A DNA stretch of 64,000 bases from Prevotella sp. (GTDB lineage: Bacteria; Bacteroidota; Bacteroidia; Bacteroidales; Bacteroidaceae), in contig JAFTFC010000001.1 of the NCBI GenBank assembly GCA_017449725.1, forward strand, positions 6,979 to 70,978, read 5' to 3'. Positions 55,817 to 64,000 of this stretch are shown one piece after another. The stretch's first letter is position 1; the number at the start of each line of letters is the position of its first letter. The position numbers were made by a program, and so were the translations under genes. The notes beneath the pieces are model-generated. The model saw only the letters and a list, made by a program, of their open reading frames with translations, ran no database searches and was not told the origin of the DNA.

Positions 55817-57322
55817 ATGTCTTATAACATTGAAAAAACCAATCTGGCAGAGGGGCTACTCGAGCAAGTCGACATTAAGCCCCGGTACCCTTTAGGGTTC
55901 CGCACTCGCGACGCAGAGGGTCGGGAATACGTCTACGTAAAGGCTATTGAAAACCTTACGGCAGGCGTACCCGTCCTAGGCGTCGCCAGAACGGGGCTTA
56001 CTATTGTATCAGGGTCTGTTTCAGATAGGTGCTTTAAGATAAGCGCGGCTCAACCTAGCCTCGCAACTGACAATTTTAACGTCAACGAACTAAAAGGCAC
56101 TCTTATTAAAATCACGGATTCTAACAGCCAAGTAAAAGGCGTATACCCGATTACAGACGCTAGTTATGATGGTGTGAGGTATTTAGTAGTGTGTCCGGAA
56201 GTGAAAACAGGTGACACGGTAGCGTTCGCAAACGGCGCTCCAGTGGTTGCTGCTGGCGGTGCTTCTTCTACCGATGGTGGTGCTATTAACTGTACTCCTA
56301 TTGCTGATATGGCAGAGGGTACGTACGGATTCGTAGTACCTGACACGGCAAGCGGCGCTCCTGCAAACTCTGGCTCTCATAACGTGACTCGTGGTAGGGA
56401 TTTAACCAGTCTATACACCATAGACGAGTTATCTGCCAAGGTTCAAGCCGGCGATTTCTCCGACATTTATGTAGGTGACTATATCACCAAGAAAGTAAAG
56501 GTCGGGAATAACACCGAGCGTGAGTTGGATTTCGTAGTAGCAGGTATTGACTACTGGTACGGAATCGGCGACCAAGGGCAGGGTCTCGAAACACATCACC
56601 TCTTAATGGTGCCAGATACGGCGTTCTATGAACTCGCGCAGATGAATGGTACTAACACCACTACTGGCGGTTATTACGGTTCTGCTATGCACGGTATCGC
56701 AAGCCCGGCGTATACTGCTGGTACTGGCGGTGCTTTGACGAGCGTAGTGGCTGATTACGAGACGTTTTTGCATACTACACTGGGTGCTAATGACGGTGAA
56801 TATACATTTACCCACAATGGCTCCAAGTGGCAATATGATGGCGCAGACGTTGGCGCTAACTTGACCTCTTATGGTATCACCTACTCCGGTACTCCGGTGT
56901 CTGGTGACGAGATTGTACTCACGTTCGCGAAAGGGAATCTTGAACCATATCGTCAAGCGATTTACGCAGCGTTTGGAGACAGCCATATATTGACTCACCG
57001 TACATATATGACGACATCGACTTCTGCCGGTGCATGGCACAATGCCCGCGTGGAACTCATGAACGAGTGTATGGTTTACGGCAGTAAAATATACGCCAAC
57101 AACAGCGAGGGTGAGCGTGTTGCGCCAATTCAGTTGCCATATTTCCAAATGGAACCTCAAATGCGCATTGCGCACCGTGGCAAGGGTGGTTCGCGCTACA
57201 GCGCTTGGTTGTCGTCTATCAACAGCGGTTCTAACTTTTGCAGTGCCAACTACTACGGTCTTGCCCACGCCAGCACCGCGTCCGGCGCGTTTGTCGTTCG
57301 CCCGTATTTCCTGTTCGCCTAA
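55817..57322 (+). CDS. Copy 2: DGR target protein
   Basis: Identical to 15704-17209, including the VR. Confidence 0.9.
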   Translation: MSYNIEKTNLAEGLLEQVDIKPRYPLGFRTRDAEGREYVYVKAIENLTAGVPVLGVARTGLTIVSGSVSDRCFKISAAQPSLATDNFNVNELKGTLIKITDSNSQVKGVYPITDASYDGVRYLVVCPEVKTGDTVAFANGAPVVAAGGASSTDGGAINCTPIADMAEGTYGFVVPDTASGAPANSGSHNVTRGRDLTSLYTIDELSAKVQAGDFSDIYVGDYITKKVKVGNNTERELDFVVAGIDYWYGIGDQGQGLETHHLLMVPDTAFYELAQMNGTNTTTGGYYGSAMHGIASPAYTAGTGGALTSVVADYETFLHTTLGANDGEYTFTHNGSKWQYDGADVGANLTSYGITYSGTPVSGDEIVLTFAKGNLEPYRQAIYAAFGDSHILTHRTYMTTSTSAGAWHNARVELMNECMVYGSKIYANNSEGERVAPIQLPYFQMEPQMRIAHRGKGGSRYSAWLSSINSGSNFCSANYYGLAHASTASGAFVVRPYFLFA

Positions 57323-57376
57323 ATCCGACCCCCCTTGTGGGGGTCGTCCATGTATCACCCAAATAAGGAACGCAAA

Positions 57377-57922
57377 ATGTCAGTAATCAAAAACAAACGC
57401 AGTCTGTCAGATTTAGAGTTCTTTCACAATGCGATAAAATTACGCACGACCATGACCGATTTGTTGTTGCGCGATTTTGGCGTCAAAGCCAAAAACAAAA
57501 ATGCGCAAGTTTACCCAAAAAAGTTCAAAATGGACAAAGAGGACGGCGAACGGTTTATAGAATTGTGCGAAAAATACCAAATCACGTCAATCATTGAATC
57601 ATACCCCGATTGGTTGATAAACGAAATGCGAACAAGCATTTTGGAAAATCTGCGCCAATTGCTCGCAAATATAACGTCCGCCAATTCAATATACCCCGTG
57701 TGTATTGACGAGTGGACGGAACGTCGTTTGCGGCAAGACCGGGCAATAGGGAACTGCGAAACCCTATTACAAGAAATGGCATACGTCATTGCGGTCATGC
57801 CGGTGGACGCGAACAAATATATGCGATACGTTGACATGATTGAACGTGAAATCGCATTGTTGAAAGGCTGGCGAAAATCCGACAATAAATTGCGGAATCG
57901 GTTGCTTAACAAGAAAAAATGA
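57377..57922 (+). CDS. avd: Copy 2: Avd-like protein
   Basis: Identical to 17264-17809. Confidence 0.85.
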   Translation: MSVIKNKRSLSDLEFFHNAIKLRTTMTDLLLRDFGVKAKNKNAQVYPKKFKMDKEDGERFIELCEKYQITSIIESYPDWLINEMRTSILENLRQLLANITSANSIYPVCIDEWTERRLRQDRAIGNCETLLQEMAYVIAVMPVDANKYMRYVDMIEREIALLKGWRKSDNKLRNRLLNKKK

Positions 57923-57943
57923 TTTTATGGGGCATTTCCCATA

Positions 57944-58057
57944 TCGCGCAACAACGCTTGGTTGTCGTCTATCAACAGCGGTTCTAACTTCTGCAATGTC
58001 AACAACAACGGCAATGCCAACAACAACAACGCGTCCAACTCGAATGCTGTTCGCCCG
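57944..58057 (+). ncRNA. Copy 2: DGR template repeat
   Basis: Identical to 17831-17944. Confidence 0.95.
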
Positions 58058-58193
58058 ATTTCGTGTACCCGTGCTATGAGTAGGCTAATGCCGACACGGA
58101 ATACAGGAAAGGGGAGATTGTCCCTCCGTGAGGTAAACATATATCTTGACGCGACTAGATACGTCTACTGTCGCTGTGAGCGAGATACAAGCA

Positions 58194-59339
58194 ATGAACA
58201 ATATAGAGAACATATCAGACCCAAACAAACTGGTGGACGCCTTTAATAAGGCGGCTGCTGGCAGTATATGGAAAAGTTCGGTACAAAAATACGAAGTAAA
58301 CCTGCTGAAGAACATTCGCAAAACGCAACTCGCGCTAGAGAATGGCACATACAAGCAGGGTGATTTTTTAGAGTTTGAACTTAACGAGAGGGGTCATAAC
58401 AGGAGGATTAAGGCTCTCGGAATCGCGGACAGGGTAGTGCAGCGCGCTCTCTGTGACGAGGTTCTGATTCCGGCTTTAACTAAATATATGATATACGATA
58501 ATGGTGCTTCGCAAAAGAATAAAGGTGTAGACTTCTGCCGGCGTCGGTTGGAGACTCACTTGCATAAATACTACCGTCAATATGGCAATGACGGCTATTT
58601 TTTACACGTAGACTTCCGCAAGTTCTTCGACAATATACGCCACGATAAACTTATAGCGGCGTTCGAGGCTAAACTAGGCTCTGGCGGCGTTATGCCGGTG
58701 CTAGAAGAAATGATAAAGTCGTTCCGCGTAGATATATCGTACTCGGACGAGGATTTGCTGAATCAAGTTTTTAATTCGATGGAATACGCCAGAATCCCGC
58801 AGTCTAAAAAGACCGGTAAGCGTTATATGGCAAAATCCATGGGGATTGGCTCGCAGATTTCGCAGGTAGCAGGCGTATTCTTCCCTAGCCGAATCGACAC
58901 GTATTGTAAGGTCGTACGCGGCTGTAAATACTACGGGCGCTACATGGACGACATCTACATCATACATCACGATAAAGACTTCCTACGCAGCGTTTTAGAG
59001 GGCATACGCGAGCAATCTGCGGAGATAGGGCTGTTCATAAACGAAAAGAAAACACAGTTGCAGAAACTCCAGCACGGCTTTACGTTCCTCAAGGTAAAAT
59101 ATAACCTAACGGAGACCGGCAAGATAATAAAACGCCCGTCACGCGACAATATCACGCGCCAGAGGCGAAAAATGAAGAAGTTTAAGCACTTGGTAGAGGA
59201 GGGGAGAATGTCGCAAGAGGACGCTCGCAACGAGGTCAAGTCATGGCTCGGCTCGAATAAGAAACTCAATGCTTACCGGACGTGCCAGAATATACGAAAA
59301 TTATACAAGGATTTATTTTACGAGGATTTGGACATATAG
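58194..59339 (+). CDS. Copy 2: DGR reverse transcriptase
   Basis: Identical to 18081-19226. Confidence 0.95.
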   Translation: MNNIENISDPNKLVDAFNKAAAGSIWKSSVQKYEVNLLKNIRKTQLALENGTYKQGDFLEFELNERGHNRRIKALGIADRVVQRALCDEVLIPALTKYMIYDNGASQKNKGVDFCRRRLETHLHKYYRQYGNDGYFLHVDFRKFFDNIRHDKLIAAFEAKLGSGGVMPVLEEMIKSFRVDISYSDEDLLNQVFNSMEYARIPQSKKTGKRYMAKSMGIGSQISQVAGVFFPSRIDTYCKVVRGCKYYGRYMDDIYIIHHDKDFLRSVLEGIREQSAEIGLFINEKKTQLQKLQHGFTFLKVKYNLTETGKIIKRPSRDNITRQRRKMKKFKHLVEEGRMSQEDARNEVKSWLGSNKKLNAYRTCQNIRKLYKDLFYEDLDI

Positions 59340-59377
59340 CAAGTCCGTGTTATAATAAAATATGAGGAGAATAAAAA

Positions 59378-59656
59378 ATGGAAGAACAAGAAACTCTATA
59401 TCTATTCAAAAATGAATACGAAATACAAGCCTACGCAGGAGAAGTCCTGACGAAACGTGTCGGTGATATTATCGTAGAAACGATTGTCTCACCAACCGTA
59501 GAACAATTAAAAGACTTTGGCTACAAGCCTCTTAAAAACACCGAGCGCCCAGTAGAAAAGCCGGGCTACGCTATCGAAACTTACTACGAGAACCAGCCAG
59601 AAGTTATATTGCAGTGCTATCGCTACGTGAAAATTGACGAAGAAGACGCAGAATAA
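59378..59656 (+). CDS. Copy 2: hypothetical protein
   Basis: Identical to 19265-19543. Confidence 0.7.
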   Translation: MEEQETLYLFKNEYEIQAYAGEVLTKRVGDIIVETIVSPTVEQLKDFGYKPLKNTERPVEKPGYAIETYYENQPEVILQCYRYVKIDEEDAE

Positions 59657-59684
59657 ATAAAGCCCCTCTTTCGAGGGGTCTTTA

Positions 59685-60035
59685 TTATTTCTTATGCAGG
59701 TCTGCGAAGTTTTTTGCTTTTTGCTGCGCTATTTCTTCCTGCGTCCATACTTGCACCACTCCCTCTTTGTTCTCGTCGGAGGGGTCGAAAGTACATACGA
59801 TGGTCGGGTCGTTTGGAATCAGTTTGTCCATTACTAGCGACGCTCTGATATACTCTGACGCTAGACCAAACGAGGCTTTGGCTTGTACCTCGCGAATCGT
59901 CTTTGCCATATTTGAATCTTTACGCGCTTTCATTTGAACTGCGGCGTTTGCGGTGGCATAATCAAGCCCTGCGAACGTCGAATATATTAGTTTTAAGTAC
60001 CCTATCTCGTGGGGTTTTAGGCTAAACTCTTTCAT
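59685..60035 (-). CDS. Copy 2: hypothetical protein
   Basis: Identical to 19572-19922. Confidence 0.7.
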   Translation of the reverse strand: MKEFSLKPHEIGYLKLIYSTFAGLDYATANAAVQMKARKDSNMAKTIREVQAKASFGLASEYIRASLVMDKLIPNDPTIVCTFDPSDENKEGVVQVWTQEEIAQQKAKNFADLHKK

Positions 60036-60204
60036 GCGTCCTCCCATTCTTTATTAAGTTTGTCTAGTGAATCATAGAAGTAGTCTGTATGGCTCGTCTC
60101 GGTGCCTTTATAGTGGTATACACGCAGGCAGATTGGCATAGCCGGAATACTGCTTACTACGGTTTGTGCGGTGTATATTTCGTCTTCTCCGCGGTGTTTT
60201 ACGT

Positions 60205-60432
60205 TCATTTTCTCTCCTTTATGAACCCGTACTCGACTGACTCTTTCGGGTAGTGTTTGATAAAATCTGGGTTTGGCTTCCCGTCCGGCGTATATGGCTG
60301 TATTAGGTCTACATCGTGCTTCTGATATTCCATCATGCGCCGTGAGGTTTGAGTCTGCTTCGCCAGTGGCGGGAGTTTGGTGCCTCCCGCCTTTTCGTCT
60401 GGGTAGTATTTGCCATTACGCAGCACTCCCAT
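60205..60432 (-). CDS. Copy 2: hypothetical protein
   Basis: Identical to 20092-20319. Confidence 0.65.
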   Translation of the reverse strand: MGVLRNGKYYPDEKAGGTKLPPLAKQTQTSRRMMEYQKHDVDLIQPYTPDGKPNPDFIKHYPKESVEYGFIKERK

Positions 60433-60742
60433 ATTCTGCTCCCTCTTGTATCTTCTTAAAGTTCTCGTTGCGGATTTCGTCCGGAGTCTTTGGCACAATG
60501 ATATGCTTGGTAGATTGGTAGATTTCTTTAGGCTTCTCGAACGGGTCTGTCACCTTTGCCGGAGTTGCCTTTACCTCGTCTATTTCGTCGCGCAAGCCAC
60601 GTGCTACGTCGAATAGGTGGGCTACTAGGTCTTTAGTGTCCATAACGTCCTCGTCGATTCTACGAATAAACGCCAGAATCGCAGCGAACAATATAGTTAT
60701 ACAGATTGCCAGAACGATTGCTACTGCTAGTGCTATTCCCAT
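60416..60742 (-). CDS. Copy 2: membrane-anchored hypothetical protein
   Basis: Identical to 20303-20629. Confidence 0.7.
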   Translation of the reverse strand: MGIALAVAIVLAICITILFAAILAFIRRIDEDVMDTKDLVAHLFDVARGLRDEIDEVKATPAKVTDPFEKPKEIYQSTKHIIVPKTPDEIRNENFKKIQEGAEYGSAA

Positions 60743-62259
60743 ACTCTGTCCTTAAAGACCAACGCTCTCGTGGTCGTGATTAGTTGCGCTACGACGGAGT
60801 GGCTATTTATCACTGCCTCGCGGATTACGATTGCTGGGTCAATGATGTTTGCCCGAATCATATTTTTGCTCTCGTGAGTCAATAAATTATAGCCCTCGCC
60901 CGGATTGTATTTTGCTTTTAGTAGTTCTGGCTTTGCGTCAGAGTTTATTAAGAGGTCGTAGTATGGCAGGCGTAGGTACGGTAGTTTACGCTCGTCGCCG
61001 ATGTCGCGCAAGCATACACCACCACCAGCCACAACACCGCCTGTGAGGGCTGTTTTAGCCGCACACACGGCGTCGTCAATGCGGAGACGGGTTTCTTTAC
61101 GTTCTGTGTCGGAATTGCCGCCTACGTAGATATTAGCAATGGAAGCGGTCAATCTCGCAATGCGGTTCTCGTATTCTAGCCGGTGATTCGGAGCCACGGA
61201 ATCGCGCTGCTTTTTGATTTTCTCGATAGCCTCTTTGAGTTCTTTGGAGTCTGCGCCTTTGCCACCGATAATAGTGGTTTGTTTGCGCGTGATAGTAGCA
61301 CTGTCTACGCTACCGCACATGGTAGGCTCCCAGTCTTTCGGTTCGCCTCGGAACACTTGCCCCTGCGTGTACAATGCCACGTCCTCCAGTACGTTTGAGA
61401 AAGCGTTTGCCGGCGGAGTGACTACCATAATGTCCAGCATGGGCTTTGGCAGCGTAGATAAGAACTTGAGCGCGTCATTTATCACGTTGCCGAATATAAG
61501 CACCTGCTTCGCTCTCGAGGCGTGTAGTTTCTCGATAATAGGTACGATTTCGTCCTGTCTCGATATAGTCGCGCCCAGAATCACTACCGGTACTTCTCGC
61601 AAGACTGATTCTTTAGAGGTTTGGTCGTTAAAAAACATTTCATCGGCTGCGCCTGCTTCGATATACACGCCGTCTACGAACTCCACGGAGGTTTCAGAGG
61701 TTCCGGTGTAGATTACGTTTACGCCTCCGAACTCCCCTACATGAGAGATAACGTCATATACGAGCGCGCCTAGCCCCTCGTCTCCTGCGGAGATTTCGCA
61801 TACGCCACGTAGGTTGCGGTCGTCGATTTTGGACTTGGTGCGAGCATTTATGCTAGATAGAATGGACGGCACGTACGAGCGGATTTCTCGAGCCGCTTCG
61901 GAGCGTGTCATTTTACGTTCGCTGATTAGGGTTTTCTCTGCATACTGGTATAAGTGATACGCCAGAATAGCGGAGAGCGTAGTGCCATCGCCTGCCGTGT
62001 CATTTGTACGCTTTGACGCTTGCTTGATTACGGAGATTGCGATGTCCTCTACTGCGTCGTCTACCTCGAGCGTGTTTATGTTAGTCACGCCATCATGTGA
62101 GATAGTTGGAGCGTCTGCGCGGTTTTCGATAATTACATTGCCGGACGCTGCGCCATAGGCGGCGGAGGCTACATTGAACACCTTTACTACTCCTCTAGTG
62201 ATTCCCTCACGGAGTTTGTCTCCCTCTACGATTTCACGAGTGTATAATTGGTGACCCAT
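60733..62259 (-). CDS. groEL: Copy 2: GroEL-like chaperonin
   Basis: Identical to 20620-22146. Confidence 0.92.
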   Translation of the reverse strand: MGHQLYTREIVEGDKLREGITRGVVKVFNVASAAYGAASGNVIIENRADAPTISHDGVTNINTLEVDDAVEDIAISVIKQASKRTNDTAGDGTTLSAILAYHLYQYAEKTLISERKMTRSEAAREIRSYVPSILSSINARTKSKIDDRNLRGVCEISAGDEGLGALVYDVISHVGEFGGVNVIYTGTSETSVEFVDGVYIEAGAADEMFFNDQTSKESVLREVPVVILGATISRQDEIVPIIEKLHASRAKQVLIFGNVINDALKFLSTLPKPMLDIMVVTPPANAFSNVLEDVALYTQGQVFRGEPKDWEPTMCGSVDSATITRKQTTIIGGKGADSKELKEAIEKIKKQRDSVAPNHRLEYENRIARLTASIANIYVGGNSDTERKETRLRIDDAVCAAKTALTGGVVAGGGVCLRDIGDERKLPYLRLPYYDLLINSDAKPELLKAKYNPGEGYNLLTHESKNMIRANIIDPAIVIREAVINSHSVVAQLITTTRALVFKDRVWE

Positions 62260-62621
62260 TATTTCTCCTCCTTTAGCACTACGATTCGTCGGTCGATGGC
62301 TTTAACATCGTGTACCCCGATAAACTCAACCATGATTGGTGATTCTTCGTCATTTAATTGCAACGGCACTTCTATTGCGTCGCTGTCGTCATACACAACG
62401 AGGTCTCCTTTATTGACAGAGCGATATTCGGTCTCTGCGAATCCATTATCGAACTTGCCCGTGTGCCTCGTGAGAGTCTCCGGGTTCCCAATTATGACCT
62501 CACCGAATCCGTGCCGGTCGTATTTCTTCTCTGTGCGAACGATGTCGCTATTACCACGCAACGGTTTGACTACGATTACGTCGTATCTCAACTCGAGCGA
62601 GGAAGCCTTAATTGCTGGCAT
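62259..62621 (-). CDS. groES: Copy 2: GroES-like co-chaperonin
   Basis: Identical to 22146-22508. Confidence 0.65.
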   Translation of the reverse strand: MPAIKASSLELRYDVIVVKPLRGNSDIVRTEKKYDRHGFGEVIIGNPETLTRHTGKFDNGFAETEYRSVNKGDLVVYDDSDAIEVPLQLNDEESPIMVEFIGVHDVKAIDRRIVVLKEEK

Positions 62622-62882
62622 AGTTTTTCTCCTTTCGTGCGTTATTTATCATATTTCGAGTTTACCACAAGCAATTCCGAAAGTCAACAACAAAAAATCG
62701 GCTCCGAGCCGTGTGGAAAGCCCCCAAAGAAACGCAAGAAAGGAGTTTAATTAGGGGCTTACCTCTATTCTACCACATTGAACAAAAAATTACCACAACA
62801 ATTTTTTGACAGGGGTTTATGTTGTAAAAAAAACACACGTATTGACATTTTGAAACGCTTGTGCTATTTTAATCTAATTTCT

Positions 62883-63022
62883 AATAAGTAATACTAATAG
62901 TAGTAGTAGGGTCTGTGGAAAACTCAACATTTCGCCTCTGTCGTTCCCCTTATGTTTTTCTGTGGAAAACTTGTGCATAACTTGCTAAAAAGTGTGGATT
63001 TCGTGTGTAAAAGTGCGAAAAA
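62883..63022. promoter_or_regulatory. Copy 2: oriC-like origin
   Basis: Identical to 22770-22909. Confidence 0.8.
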
Positions 63023-63068
63023 CATAACCATTTTCACCTTTTAATGAAATTGGTGGTATAATGGGCTT

Positions 63069-63428
63069 ATGAACGAACAAACACTCCAAATAATACTCGG
63101 CTTAATAACCATCGTCCCGACAATGACTACCATTGTCGTTTCTGTGTTCCAGAATAGCCAGAGACGCCGAGATAAAGAGGAGCAGCGCCGGCGCGACGAG
63201 CGCAATGCCGCTAAATCGTCAATCCAAAACATGATAACTCAAGACATTATAAGGGTAGAACTACTAGGGAAAATGCCGGAGAATCGAGACAATATCGAAT
63301 CTGAATATACGAGGTACCATAAAAACGGAGGGAATGGCACCATCACCAGACAAGTACGCGAATACTTTGATTGGCTAGATGGACTCGCGCCGCGTAAACT
63401 TAATGTTGTAAAAAATACAACAATATAA
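63069..63428 (+). CDS. Copy 2: holin-like protein
   Basis: Identical to 22956-23315. Confidence 0.55.
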   Translation: MNEQTLQIILGLITIVPTMTTIVVSVFQNSQRRRDKEEQRRRDERNAAKSSIQNMITQDIIRVELLGKMPENRDNIESEYTRYHKNGGNGTITRQVREYFDWLDGLAPRKLNVVKNTTI

Positions 63429-63535
63429 CAGAGATAGTCACATAAAATTGTGACTTTTTTGTGCAAAATGCTTGACATTAGGCTTTCGGTTTGATACAAT
63501 GAAAGTATCATAGAAAAAGCAAGAAAGGAGAAACT

Positions 63536-63784
63536 ATGAAAAGAAAAATTGAAGTATGGGGAGCGAGAATCCTCTGTGACTCATTCGAGGAAGCACGTTA
63601 TTACAACGGCAACCGACAAGAAATAAAGGTACGCGGTCTAAAGACTTTCTACGAAGCGCAGCAAGCCAGATTCGCTAAACTCGCCGAGAAGTTTACCGAC
63701 CCAATTACCAAAATGTGTGTAGCCAGTACCGGCATGACACCAGAACAATATCAACTAACCCACCACAGAGCGTGGAACGAATAA
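63536..63784 (+). CDS. Copy 2: hypothetical early protein
   Basis: Identical to 23423-23671. Confidence 0.75.
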   Translation: MKRKIEVWGARILCDSFEEARYYNGNRQEIKVRGLKTFYEAQQARFAKLAEKFTDPITKMCVASTGMTPEQYQLTHHRAWNE

Positions 63785-64000
63785 GGAGGAATCATGAGTG
63801 TATGGCTTACAGAAGTAGTTATGGACGATGGCAAAATCGACTTTATTAACAACCCAGACGACGCAAAATGGCTCTTATCTCAACGTGACGAGTTCGAGTC
63901 AATGTGCGAAAAAGCGGAAGAATGCGTCGAGGATTACGAAGAATACGAGGAATATGCAGAAGAACACGAGGACGACGACGAACTATTATCGTTTGACGAA

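Larger units (their letters stand above)
40114..64000. repeat. Second tandem copy of positions 1-23887 (genome unit 40,113 bp)
   Basis: tacccgattgagattcag at 1 recurs at 40114; all ORFs recur at +40113 with identical translations. Confidence 0.98.

Noticed and set aside
40114-64000. 24-kb direct repeat as a biological duplication or long terminal repeat
   Set aside because: It has an exact period of 40,113, with the same VR and the same inversion orientation; best explained as wrap-around or concatemer of a circular assembly

Overview
The window holds about 1.6 tandem copies of one 40,113-bp tailed-phage genome. Position 1 recurs at 40114, every ORF repeats at +40113, and the copies were identical wherever I compared them, so this is probably a circular or concatemeric assembly. 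The gene set looks podovirus-like: TerS/TerL, portal, scaffold, major capsid, adaptor and nozzle, ejection-type proteins, RecE/RecT, nucleases, a CHAP endolysin and a GroES/GroEL pair. I recognised no replication protein, integrase/invertase or repressor. Main observations: (1) a complete DGR (target, hairpin, Avd, TR, RT) whose target appears to be a paralog of a capsid decoration protein; (2) an invertible tail-fibre C-terminal cassette bounded by 28-bp 11-6-11 dif-like sites, with no phage recombinase; (3) a bacterial oriC-like locus with DnaA-trios, a GC spacer and phased DnaA boxes; (4) a -1 frameshift signal that would fuse a membrane anchor to a lytic transglycosylase; (5) a J-domain and ADP-ribosyltransferase-like domains inside putative ejection proteins. 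Product names come from motif recognition by eye; no database searches were run.
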